Origin: Planctomycetota bacterium
Lineage (GTDB): Bacteria > Planctomycetota > UBA1135 > UBA2386
Direction of reading: 5' to 3'
Length of the DNA stretch: 64,000 nt
NCBI GenBank assembly: GCA_965223545.1
Contig: OZ245006.1
Location: forward strand, 256,001 to 320,000
Part shown: in pieces, positions 53,398 to 62,497 of the stretch
Numbering within the stretch: position 1 is the first letter of the stretch
Layout: every line of letters begins with the position of its first letter
Position numbers and translations under genes: made by a program
Notes under the pieces: generated by a model
Database searches by the model: none
What the model saw: only the letters and a program-made list of their open reading frames with translations
What the model was told of the DNA's origin: nothing

Positions 53398-54219
53398 ATG
53401 AAGGCCCTCGCACTCGCCCTCACCGCCACCACCATCAGCGGAGTCGCGCTCAACTCGGTCCTGTTGTTGGACGGCGTCAACGACACCGCCGAAATCGCCG
53501 ACAGCCCGTCCCTGAGCGGTCTGCAACAGATCACCGTGGAGGCGTGGTTCCGTCCAAGCTCCACCGCCGGCTCGAGCAACGGCATCGAGCTCATCGTCGG
53601 CCAGTTCAGCAGCCTGCTGGGACAACTCCCGTACCACATCTCCTACCATCGCACGATCCAGCGCGTGCGGGTCGCCATCAACGAGGCTGTCGGCGGGACC
53701 TTCTTCGATGGCGTCATCCCGATCGTGGAAGACACCTGGACCCACGCCGCGTTCACCTACGACGGCGCGGCCGTGCGCCTCTACGTCAACGGTCAGCTCG
53801 ACACCGATCGGCGCAGCTCCAGCGGCCCGGTGGACGAGTCCACCGTCCCCGTGCGCATCGGTGCGCAGGCGGGTTCCACGACCAACCACTTCGCCGGCAT
53901 GATCGACGAAGCACGCATCTGGAACGTCGCCCGCACGCAGGCCGAGATCCAGGGCGGCATGCGGGGCATCCCCAGGCACCGGGCGCCGGGACTCGTCGGC
54001 AACTGGTCGATGAGTAGCAGCGATCTGGCCGGCCAAACGCCCGATCTCAGCGGCTCCGGCAACCACGCAACCCTGCTCGATACGGCGACGATCATCGTTC
54101 CGGACGACCAGCCCAACGTCGTGGGCACGGCCCGCGCGCCGGTGGCACCCGGGTGGCCCGCGCTGCCGCCGCTCGCCCGACTGCTGCCAACCGGCGCGGG
54201 CGACTCCACCTCCAACTGA
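53398..54219 (+). CDS. LamG/concanavalin-A-like domain protein
   Basis: AGGAG RBS; ITVEAW, WTHAAFTYDG, LYVNG, GMIDEARIWNVART. Confidence 0.85.
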   Translation: MKALALALTATTISGVALNSVLLLDGVNDTAEIADSPSLSGLQQITVEAWFRPSSTAGSSNGIELIVGQFSSLLGQLPYHISYHRTIQRVRVAINEAVGGTFFDGVIPIVEDTWTHAAFTYDGAAVRLYVNGQLDTDRRSSSGPVDESTVPVRIGAQAGSTTNHFAGMIDEARIWNVARTQAEIQGGMRGIPRHRAPGLVGNWSMSSSDLAGQTPDLSGSGNHATLLDTATIIVPDDQPNVVGTARAPVAPGWPALPPLARLLPTGAGDSTSN

Positions 54220-54255
54220 TGGCGAGCGCCCGTGGCGGGACCGCCCGCCGATGGG

Positions 54256-55332
54256 CTACCAGGTCGCCAGCAGGGTGACGCCGTACATCCACAGCAGGAG
54301 CGACAGCCGGGCACGCACGCCGCCGAAACGGAACGCCAGCGGAAACGCGCAGCGCAACACCGGCACGTAGCAGGCGGTGAACGCGATCGCGAAGACCGCC
54401 ACCCACGCCGCGCCAGGCCGCGCCCAGCCGATCCACCAGGCGCCGACCGGCAGCAGGCTGAGCAGCCAGCAGTAGCCGAGCAGCGCGCGCTTGGCCGACT
54501 CGAAGCCGATGCTGCGCACCAGACTGCGGCGGCCGACGACGGCGTCGTCCGGCAGCCGCGCCAGGTCGCGCAGATGCCGCTGCACCGCGCCGGCCAGCGC
54601 GCCGATCAGGCCCGCCGCCAGCCACGCCGGATGCGCCGGGCCACCGCCGAGCGAGCCGCCGACCGCGGCCAACACCGGACCGAAGATCGCGTACAGCGCC
54701 AGGTCGCCGAGCCGCCGCCACTTCATGCGCAACGGCGGCGCCACGTACTGCCACGCAGCGAGCGCCCCGAGCGCACACAACGCCACCAGCTCCCAGCGCT
54801 GGTGCGCAATCGCCGCCGCGTGCCAAACGGCAACGCCGACCAACGCCATGACCACGGCGCAGCGCACCAGCGCGCGCGGCGCCGGCAGCGCCGCCGCGGC
54901 CTCGCGGCCGCCACCGGTGCGCGCCCCGGGCACGGTGATCTCCGCGCGTTCGTGCGCTTCGCTCAGCAGGTTGGCGGCGCTGTGTAGCAGCACCACACCG
55001 ACCACCACCGCCAGGGCGAGCGAGAACGGCGCCGGCCCGCCGATGCGCAAACCCAGCAGCAGCGGCAGCAGGCTCGCGACCAGCGTCTCGAGACGGCAAG
55101 CCGCCAGCACGCGCAGCGCGCGCGCCAGCAGCCCCGGGGCGACGCCGGCGGCCTCGGTGTAGCGCACCACCACCAGATCGTCGGTGCCGAGTGCGGCGGC
55201 GAGCTTGGACCGGCGCGCCCCACCCGCCGGATCGGTGACCGAGGCGATGTAGTCGACGCCATCGATCCGCACCCGCGGCGACCAGCGCAGCGCGCGCACC
55301 CGCGCGCTGCCTCGCGCCGCGGTTTCGATCAC
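54256..55332 (-). CDS. UbiA/MenA-like prenyltransferase, divergent
   Basis: Multi-TM; QYVAPPLRMKWRRLGD and RD...DDAVVGRRSL; first Asp-rich motif eroded (ANLLSE). Confidence 0.65.
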   Translation of the reverse strand: MIETAARGSARVRALRWSPRVRIDGVDYIASVTDPAGGARRSKLAAALGTDDLVVVRYTEAAGVAPGLLARALRVLAACRLETLVASLLPLLLGLRIGGPAPFSLALAVVVGVVLLHSAANLLSEAHERAEITVPGARTGGGREAAAALPAPRALVRCAVVMALVGVAVWHAAAIAHQRWELVALCALGALAAWQYVAPPLRMKWRRLGDLALYAIFGPVLAAVGGSLGGGPAHPAWLAAGLIGALAGAVQRHLRDLARLPDDAVVGRRSLVRSIGFESAKRALLGYCWLLSLLPVGAWWIGWARPGAAWVAVFAIAFTACYVPVLRCAFPLAFRFGGVRARLSLLLWMYGVTLLATW

Positions 55333-56378
55333 CGAGAGCGCCCCAGAAGCCGCCGCTGCAGGTCGACGAACAACCGGCCGAGGTCGTTGTCAGGCAGCTG
55401 CTCGGCATGCCGTTCGGCCAGCGCGACGTAGTCGCCCGCCAGCGCGCGGACGTCGGCAACCGCCGCCGCCAACTCGGCAGCCGAGAACAACGCGCCGCAT
55501 AGCTGCCGGCTGCGCTCCGCGGAGCGCGGCGCCGGTGAGGCAAAGTAGTCCTGCAGCCTGGGCGCCGCCTGCGGCACCCGCCGCACCAGCGCGGCGGTGA
55601 CCGCATTGGTCCGCGCCTCCTGCCAATCGCCGAAGGCCGGCTTGCCGCTGTCCGCAGCCTCAAAGTCGAGCACGTCGTCGGTCAGCTGGAACGCGACCCC
55701 GACCGTGCGCCCCATCGACGCATAGCTCCGGCGCGCGTCTTCTCCCAGCCCGGCCAGGTGCGCCGGCAACCACGTGCACAGCGACAACAACGCCGCCGTC
55801 TTCAGCTCGGCGACCTCGATGCAGGTCTCGACCGAGCCGTGGACCTCCCCCTGCAGCTCGTACTGCAGCACTTCGCCCGCGACCAAATCCTGCACTGCCC
55901 GCGCCACCCCGCGGATCGTCGCCACGTCGCCCAGCTCCGCGACGCGGTCCATCACGTCGGCCAACAGCGCGTCGCCAGCGAGCACCGGGATGCGGTTGTC
56001 GTAGCTCGCATTGGCGCTGGGTAGATGACGCCGGCGGTCGGCGCGGTCGATGACGTCATCGTGCAGGAGGCTGGCGGCGTGGATCATCTCCACCACGGTC
56101 GCGTAGCTGGCGAGCCGCGCGCCGGGGACGTCGAGCGCGCGGCCGAGGAGCCAAACCATCATCGGCCGCACCAGCTTGCCCTTCGAACGCAGCAAATGGC
56201 GCTTCGCTCCGCCCAAGCGCGGCACCAGCGCGTGCACCGGCTCCGCCTCGAGCTCGGCGAGCAACTGTTGCACGGAGGCGACGACCTGATCCCGGTGCGC
56301 ATACAGAATGCGGGCGCGCGCCGGCTTCGACCGCCGACTCGACTCTGGCACCTCCTGCTGCGGATCGATTTGGGTCAC
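55329..56378 (-). CDS. Trans-polyprenyl diphosphate synthase
   Basis: GKLVRP, IHAASLLHDDVID, RR, LAGDAL, KTA, FQLTDDVLD; start approximate. Confidence 0.92.
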   Translation of the reverse strand: MTQIDPQQEVPESSRRSKPARARILYAHRDQVVASVQQLLAELEAEPVHALVPRLGGAKRHLLRSKGKLVRPMMVWLLGRALDVPGARLASYATVVEMIHAASLLHDDVIDRADRRRHLPSANASYDNRIPVLAGDALLADVMDRVAELGDVATIRGVARAVQDLVAGEVLQYELQGEVHGSVETCIEVAELKTAALLSLCTWLPAHLAGLGEDARRSYASMGRTVGVAFQLTDDVLDFEAADSGKPAFGDWQEARTNAVTAALVRRVPQAAPRLQDYFASPAPRSAERSRQLCGALFSAAELAAAVADVRALAGDYVALAERHAEQLPDNDLGRLFVDLQRRLLGRSR

Positions 56379-56480
56379 GGACAAGAGCCACGATATCCAG
56401 CCGCGCCAGGCCAGGACAAACGCGTTTCCACCCGACCGGCGGGCGCCCGCCCATGCCAGCGGAACTATCATCGCGGGCCG

Positions 56481-57650
56481 ATGCCCGCCGCCGAGTCCGC
56501 ACCCCGACCCCCCGACACCCCGGCCGCCGGACCGGCCGATCGCCACCCGCGACGGACGTGGTTTCGCCGCCATCCGCGCCTCGCCGGCGCCGCGGTGCTG
56601 ATCGCGGGCACCGTGCTCCTCGACGTCGCGACCGCGAACATTCTTCGCGCCTGCGGTGTGCGTTGGGGCGAGGCCCCCGACGCCCAGTACCGGGTCGAGC
56701 ATCCCGTCTACCACCACGGCCTGCGCCCCAACGTGACCGTCGAGCGCGCCCGCTGGGGGGCCCACCACTATTCGGTGTTCACCAACTCCCTGGGATTCCG
56801 CGACCGCGAGGTCCGCCAGGTCGCGCTGCGGACCGACAGCGATCGCGTGCTCTTGATCGGCGACTCGTTCACCGAGGGCATCGGCCTCGACTACGACGTG
56901 ACCTTCGCCGGCCTGCTGCAGGAGCGCTTGCGCCCCCGCGGCATCGACGTGCTCAACGCCGCTGCGGTCAGCTACGCGCCCGTGATCTACGAGCGCAAGG
57001 TGCGCCACTTGCTGGATACCCAGGACTTGCAGGTCAGCGACGTCGTGGTCTGCCTCGACATCTCGGACATCCAGGACGAAGCCGAGTACTACCGCGAGGC
57101 GACCGACGGCACGCTGGTCACCGACAAGCACAACCCGATCTCCGAGGCCTACAAGCGCTTCATCGCGAACCACACGATCGCGCTCAAGACGATCGCCGCC
57201 TGGGTCAGAGCGCTGCGCCAGCGCAACGACGAAGCGATGGGTGTGACCGCGGCCACGGGGGTGTGGCGCGCGCAGTGGACCTTCGACGATCGCGCGTTCG
57301 AGCAGTACGGCCGCCGCGGGCTCGAGCTTGCCACCGCGCACATGGATGCCCTCGCGGCTCTGCTCGAAGCGCGCGGCATACGCCTGATGGTCGCGGTCTA
57401 CCCGTGGCCGGATCAGCTCATCGCCGACACCGCCGACTCGCGCCAGGTACGCCACTGGCGAGACTGGTGTGCGCAGCACGGTGCGACTTTCGTCGACTGC
57501 TTCGCGCCGTTCTTCCTCGCGGACCCGGACGCGGAGGCGGTCATCGAACGCCACTTCATTCCGGGCGATACGCACTGGAACGTGCACGGGCACGCGCTGG
57601 TCGCGAAGGAGATCGGCACGGCTTTGGCGCGCGTGCTCGGCGGGCACTGA
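56481..57650 (+). CDS. Membrane-anchored SGNH/GDSL hydrolase-like protein
   Basis: TM anchor, TNSLGFRD, IGDSFTEG, GDTHWNVHGH. Confidence 0.85.
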   Translation: MPAAESAPRPPDTPAAGPADRHPRRTWFRRHPRLAGAAVLIAGTVLLDVATANILRACGVRWGEAPDAQYRVEHPVYHHGLRPNVTVERARWGAHHYSVFTNSLGFRDREVRQVALRTDSDRVLLIGDSFTEGIGLDYDVTFAGLLQERLRPRGIDVLNAAAVSYAPVIYERKVRHLLDTQDLQVSDVVVCLDISDIQDEAEYYREATDGTLVTDKHNPISEAYKRFIANHTIALKTIAAWVRALRQRNDEAMGVTAATGVWRAQWTFDDRAFEQYGRRGLELATAHMDALAALLEARGIRLMVAVYPWPDQLIADTADSRQVRHWRDWCAQHGATFVDCFAPFFLADPDAEAVIERHFIPGDTHWNVHGHALVAKEIGTALARVLGGH

Positions 57651-57695
57651 GGCGGCGGTCCTTCGGTATCCTCGTTCAGCGGAGAGAGCCTGTCT

Positions 57696-57872
57696 TCAAT
57701 CGGCCCGCGGCGGCCAGGCGGCGACGAACCAGGCCACGGTCGCGGCCAGCGCCACCCCGGCCACCTGCGATCGGGTCAGGACACCGGCGAACGCCAAGCA
57801 CGCCGGAGCCAGGATGCCGGCCACCAGCGCGCCGTAGCCGATCGCCGCGCGCACTCGCGCACCCCCACTCAC
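57696..57872 (-). CDS. Small two-TM membrane protein coupled to the permease
   Basis: GTGA overlap with the permease stop; hydrophobic 58-aa ORF. Confidence 0.55.
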   Translation of the reverse strand: MSGGARVRAAIGYGALVAGILAPACLAFAGVLTRSQVAGVALAATVAWFVAAWPPRAD

Positions 57873-59299
57873 GCCGGCCTCCGGACGCGCGGCGCCACCA
57901 CTGCGTATAGCACCCCACACGCGAGCCACGCCGGCAACGTCGTGAAGGAGGGGAACACTCCGGCACGCCAGGCCACCGCAGCTCCCGCCACGGGGAGCAG
58001 CCAGGCGACGAGCACCGCGCCGTTGACAGCGCGGCCGCGTGCCAGCGCCCACTCGGGCTGCAGCGACAAGCGCCGCGCGAGCAGGCGGTCGACGACGATG
58101 ACCGCGCCGACCGGGGCCAGGATCGTGCCGTAGATGCCGACGAAGCCGAGCAGCTGCATGGCGAAGGCCGGGAACAGGCCGGCGACCGTCGCCAAGCCAC
58201 CGGCGAGCAGGGTGACCGCGGTGCGCGACGAGCGCGGCGCCACGGCTTGGAAGGCCAAGCCCGCGCGGTAGATCGTCGGGTTGGCCGTGGTCCAGCCGGC
58301 CACGAGCACGCACAGCACCCCGACAAGGCCGAGCGCGTCGTAAGCCATCGGTCCCGGCAAGACCGCCGGTGCGACGCCGTTGGCCAGCTGGGCCTGCGCC
58401 GCCGGCGTGCGCAGCTGCACCGCGTACAGGAGCGCCGCCGCGATCCAGGCCATGTAGTGGCCGATGAACATGCCCGCTGCCGAGGCCCAGCCGGCGCGCG
58501 GGCTGCGCGCGTAGCGGAGCACCGACAGATCGGCCATGCCGATGTGCATGGCGGCGTTGCAGAACCACGCGAAGAACACGACGTGCCAGAAGCCGAAGTG
58601 CGTCTGGCCGGGGAGCGGTGCGCCACCCGGCCAGATCTCGGTGCTCGCGACGTGCCAGAAGTCGGCCGGCGATTGCACTCCCAACCGCGGCAGGGCGACC
58701 AGACCACAGGCCAAGAACACCACCACCATCCACGGCGCGGCGACGTTGGCAAACCGCGACACCGCTGCGTAGCCGCGCGCGGCGACCACCGAGATCACCG
58801 CGCCGACGCCGACCACAACCGCGACCCAGGCAGCACCGGTGGGCATCCAGGTGTCCAGGCCCGGCATCGGCATGTCGAACGGGATGCCGACCGCAGTCGC
58901 CGACACCGTGATCATCGCCCCGGCCAAAAAGCAGAACAGCACGCCGTTGGCGAGGTTGTAGAGCACGACCAGCCGGCGGCCGCAGATTCGCTCCAGCTGG
59001 TAGTAGAGCGTCAACCGCGAGCGCGTCGCGATCTCCGCGCAGAGGAAGCGCCAGCACAGCACCGCCAGCAGGTTGCCCAGCAACAGGCCGGCGAAGAGAT
59101 CGACCGCGCTGACCCCGGCGGCGAGGAACAGCGGACCGATCATGAACTCGGTGCCGGCGGCGTGCTCGCCGGCGTACATCCCCCAAAACCAACGCGGTCC
59201 CTTGCGCGCTGCGGCTGGAACCGGCCGGCGCTCGAACTCGTCGCCGGCTGCCACCGGCTCTGCGGAGGTGGCGGGGGCCGCGTTCTCCGGGGCATCCAT
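57869..59299 (-). CDS. Purine/cytosine permease-like (NCS1) transporter
   Basis: EFERRPVP, AGEHAAGTEFMIGP, DLSVLRYA, AGWTTANPTIY; about 12 TM segments. Confidence 0.8.
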   Translation of the reverse strand: MDAPENAAPATSAEPVAAGDEFERRPVPAAARKGPRWFWGMYAGEHAAGTEFMIGPLFLAAGVSAVDLFAGLLLGNLLAVLCWRFLCAEIATRSRLTLYYQLERICGRRLVVLYNLANGVLFCFLAGAMITVSATAVGIPFDMPMPGLDTWMPTGAAWVAVVVGVGAVISVVAARGYAAVSRFANVAAPWMVVVFLACGLVALPRLGVQSPADFWHVASTEIWPGGAPLPGQTHFGFWHVVFFAWFCNAAMHIGMADLSVLRYARSPRAGWASAAGMFIGHYMAWIAAALLYAVQLRTPAAQAQLANGVAPAVLPGPMAYDALGLVGVLCVLVAGWTTANPTIYRAGLAFQAVAPRSSRTAVTLLAGGLATVAGLFPAFAMQLLGFVGIYGTILAPVGAVIVVDRLLARRLSLQPEWALARGRAVNGAVLVAWLLPVAGAAVAWRAGVFPSFTTLPAWLACGVLYAVVAPRVRRPA

Positions 59300-59308
59300 T
59301 GGAGAAGG

Positions 59309-60628
59309 CTACATCGCCCCACCATCCGGCGCCGGCGGCGCGGCCGCACCGTCGTTGATGAGGCCTTCGCTGCGCGCGACGCAGGTCGCCACCGTCGCGT
59401 CGCCGGTCACGTTCAACACCGTGCGGCACATGTCGAGCGGACGGTCGACCCCGAGGATCAGTGCAATGCCCTCGGCCGGCACTTCGATCTGCGCCAGGAC
59501 GATGGTCAGCATGACGATGCCGACGCCGGGCACGGCCGCGGTGCCGATCGACGCCAACGCCGCCGTGAGGACGATCATCAGCTGATCGCCCACCGTGAGT
59601 GGGATGCCGTAGAAGGTGGCGATGAACACCGCCGCGACGCCCTGATACAGCCCGGTGCCGTCCATGTTGACGGTCGCGCCCAGCGGCAGCACGAAGCTCG
59701 ACACCTCCTCGTCGACGCCGACTCCCTTCTCGACGCAGTCGATGGTGACTGGCAACGTCGCACCGGACGAGCTCGAGCTGAACGCGAGCAGCTGCGCCGG
59801 CGCCATCGCGGCGAAGAACTTGCGCACCGGCACCTTGCCGACGAAGCGCAGCAGCGGCAGGTAGACCAACATCGCGTGCAAGGTGAGCGCGGCGACGACG
59901 GTCAGCATGTAGCCGAGCAGGGCCGCGGCCAGATCTCCCAGCTGCTCGGCGTCACTGCCGAACTCGGCGATCACCGACGCCATCAGCGCGAACACGCCGA
60001 TCGGCGCGATACGCATGATCAGATGCACCATCTCGATGATGGCATCCGACAACAGCGAGAACACTTCGACCACGTGCTCGACGCTCTTCTTGTTGCGCAA
60101 CCGCGTCAGCGCGATGCCGAGCAACAGCGAGAAGAACACGACCTGCAACATCTTGCCGTCGTAGGCGTTGGCCAGCGCGTAGAAGGGGTTGGTCGGCACG
60201 ATGTCGACCAGCTGGTCGCCGATGCTGACCGCCTTCGCGGTCTCGACCCGCTGGCCGGCGTCGGCGGCGAACCGCTCCATCAGCCGGTCGGCGCTCTCCC
60301 GCGACAGGTTGGAGCCGGGTTGCACGATGTTGGCCACCAACAATCCGACCGTGATCGCCACCGCGGTGGTGCCCAGGTACAGCACCAGCGTCTTGCCGCC
60401 GATGCGCCCCACCTTGGCGGTGTCGTTGAGGCTGGCGACGCCCGCCACCAGCGAGAACAGCACCAGCGGCACCGCGATCATCTTCAGCAGATTGAGGAAG
60501 ATGGTGCCGAACGGCTTGATCCAAACCAGGATGTGCTCGGCGTGCCCCATCTGGGCCGCGACGATGCCGTAGGTGACCCCGGCCGCCATCGACAGAAGGA
60601 TCCACCAGTGCAGGGCGAGCTTGGTCAT
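59309..60628 (-). CDS. Dicarboxylate/amino acid:cation symporter (GltP/GltT family)
   Basis: AFSSSSSGATLP, PLGATVNMDG, DRPLDMCRTVLNVTGD. Confidence 0.95.
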   Translation of the reverse strand: MTKLALHWWILLSMAAGVTYGIVAAQMGHAEHILVWIKPFGTIFLNLLKMIAVPLVLFSLVAGVASLNDTAKVGRIGGKTLVLYLGTTAVAITVGLLVANIVQPGSNLSRESADRLMERFAADAGQRVETAKAVSIGDQLVDIVPTNPFYALANAYDGKMLQVVFFSLLLGIALTRLRNKKSVEHVVEVFSLLSDAIIEMVHLIMRIAPIGVFALMASVIAEFGSDAEQLGDLAAALLGYMLTVVAALTLHAMLVYLPLLRFVGKVPVRKFFAAMAPAQLLAFSSSSSGATLPVTIDCVEKGVGVDEEVSSFVLPLGATVNMDGTGLYQGVAAVFIATFYGIPLTVGDQLMIVLTAALASIGTAAVPGVGIVMLTIVLAQIEVPAEGIALILGVDRPLDMCRTVLNVTGDATVATCVARSEGLINDGAAAPPAPDGGAM

Positions 60629-60681
60629 CCGCAGAAGGCTATCCTAAGACCGCCCCCACACCGAAGGGCGCGGGCGCGGGA

Positions 60682-62400
60682 TCACCGCGGCGTAGTGCGG
60701 ACGCGGTGCCGCTGAGCGCTGGGCTCGACCCAGAGGAAGCGCGGCGTGAAGCCCGCGCCGGTGACCGCGCGGCCCTGGAACCGCCGGTGCAGCAACGCCG
60801 TGCTGCGCGGGTAGTAAAGCACCGTGACCGGCTGCTCGTCGCGCAGCACGCTCGCCAGCTCGTGGAACGCGCGTTGCCGCGCCTCCTGGTCGGCGGCACC
60901 GCGCACCGCTTCGAGCGCCCGGTCGGCGGCGGCGCTGCGGTAACGCATCCAGTTCATGCCGGTCGCGGTGGCTTGTGAGGAGTGGAACACGGCGTAGCCG
61001 TCGTTCCAGACGTCCGGACTGAAGAAGTAGACGTAGCCGTCGAAGTCGCGCGCACCGATCCGCTGCTGCAGCACCGGCACCGCCGCGGACTGCACGGTGA
61101 GCACCACTCCGGCCCGCGCCAAGTCGGCGGCGCACAGCTCGAGCGCGGCACGGTGGTCCGGCGTGCCCTCGTGCACCAGAAGCTCCAGCTCGAGTGGCTT
61201 CGCCCCCTCCGCTTCCCCGCGCGCCCCCCGCAACGCCGGCCGCAGCGCGCCGAGGTCGCGCCCGAGTGGCGGCACGTCGTCATCGCGCCCGTACGCCGGG
61301 TGGAACCAGCCGCGCGCCTGCTCGGCGCGCGGCCCGAGCAGCCGGGCGATCGCCGCGGTGTCCATCGCCATGCCGAGCGCGCGCCGCACCCCGGCGTCGC
61401 GGAACGGAGCGCGCTCGTGGTTCCAGACGATGAAGCAGACGCCGATGGTGCGATAGCCGTAGACCAAGGCCCGGTATTCACGCGCCAACGTCGCGTCGGC
61501 CGCGAGGGTCGCCTCGGGGTCGCGGTCGGGGGCGAAGTCGACGTCGCCGGCGCCCAGGGCGGCGCGCAGCGCCGCCGGGTCGCCGAAGTGCCGCAGCCGA
61601 ATCCCGGCGAGGTTCCAACCCGCCCGATCCGTAGCCCGCTGCCAGCTGTGCTCGTTCTGCAACAGGAGCAGCTCGCGATCGGTGGCGCTCGCCAGCCGAT
61701 ACGGCCCACTGCCGGGACCACACTCCGACACACCCAGCAGCAGCTCGCCGAAGCGGGGATCGCCCACCGCCGGCGCGGCGGCATCGCCAGCGGCGTGTGC
61801 GGCGGCGGCGACCGCGTCTTCGACCGCGGCGCGGCAAACCACGGGACAACGCACCAGGACGCGTTCGAGTGCCGCGTAGCCCGCCTCGCGCAGCGTCAGG
61901 CGCAGCCGCCACGGCCCGCTCGGCTCGACGTGCTCGACCGCGCGCAGCGCCGGCCAGATGCTGCCTGGCAACGGGTGCCCGGCAGCGGCCAACTCGAACG
62001 GCAGCAGCACGTCCTCGACCTGCATCGGTGTGCCGTCGGCGAACACCACGTCGTCGCGCAGCTCGAGCTCGAAGGTGCGCGCCTCGCGCCCCGGCTGCCA
62101 ATCGCGCACGACGGCAGGCACCAGACGGACCTCGTCCTCGTCGATCCGAGCCAGGGTGTCGTAGACCCGCGCCAAGAGATGGTTGCGGGCGAGCGAGTCG
62201 GTGCAGGTCAGGAGGTTGCGCTGCCGGATCGGGGCCGCCGTCGCCATCACCAGCAGGTCGCCCTGCGGCCGGGCGCGCCCATCCTCCAGCACCACCTCGT
62301 GCTCGTCGCGCGGCGCCGCGCCCGCCAGCGCCCAGAGGCCCAACGCGCCGATGCCGGCCACCGCCAGCAGCGACCACAACACCGTCGTGGTGGTCCGCAC
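60682..62400 (-). CDS. ABC transporter substrate-binding protein, family 5
   Basis: YDTL, LRDDVVFADG, GSGPY, PFRDAGVRRAL, N-terminal TM; start approximate. Confidence 0.85.
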   Translation of the reverse strand: MRTTTTVLWSLLAVAGIGALGLWALAGAAPRDEHEVVLEDGRARPQGDLLVMATAAPIRQRNLLTCTDSLARNHLLARVYDTLARIDEDEVRLVPAVVRDWQPGREARTFELELRDDVVFADGTPMQVEDVLLPFELAAAGHPLPGSIWPALRAVEHVEPSGPWRLRLTLREAGYAALERVLVRCPVVCRAAVEDAVAAAAHAAGDAAAPAVGDPRFGELLLGVSECGPGSGPYRLASATDRELLLLQNEHSWQRATDRAGWNLAGIRLRHFGDPAALRAALGAGDVDFAPDRDPEATLAADATLAREYRALVYGYRTIGVCFIVWNHERAPFRDAGVRRALGMAMDTAAIARLLGPRAEQARGWFHPAYGRDDDVPPLGRDLGALRPALRGARGEAEGAKPLELELLVHEGTPDHRAALELCAADLARAGVVLTVQSAAVPVLQQRIGARDFDGYVYFFSPDVWNDGYAVFHSSQATATGMNWMRYRSAAADRALEAVRGAADQEARQRAFHELASVLRDEQPVTVLYYPRSTALLHRRFQGRAVTGAGFTPRFLWVEPSAQRHRVRTTPR

Positions 62401-62497
62401 GACGTCTGATCCTACTGCTCTGCGGAGAGCCGGAGCAAAGCAAACCGACCCGCCCACGGCTGCGCGCCCCGGCGCCAGCGCCGATACTGGGATCGCC

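Noticed and set aside
60682..62400. Family-5 binding protein without permease genes
   Set aside because: Orphan binding proteins are common and partners may lie elsewhere
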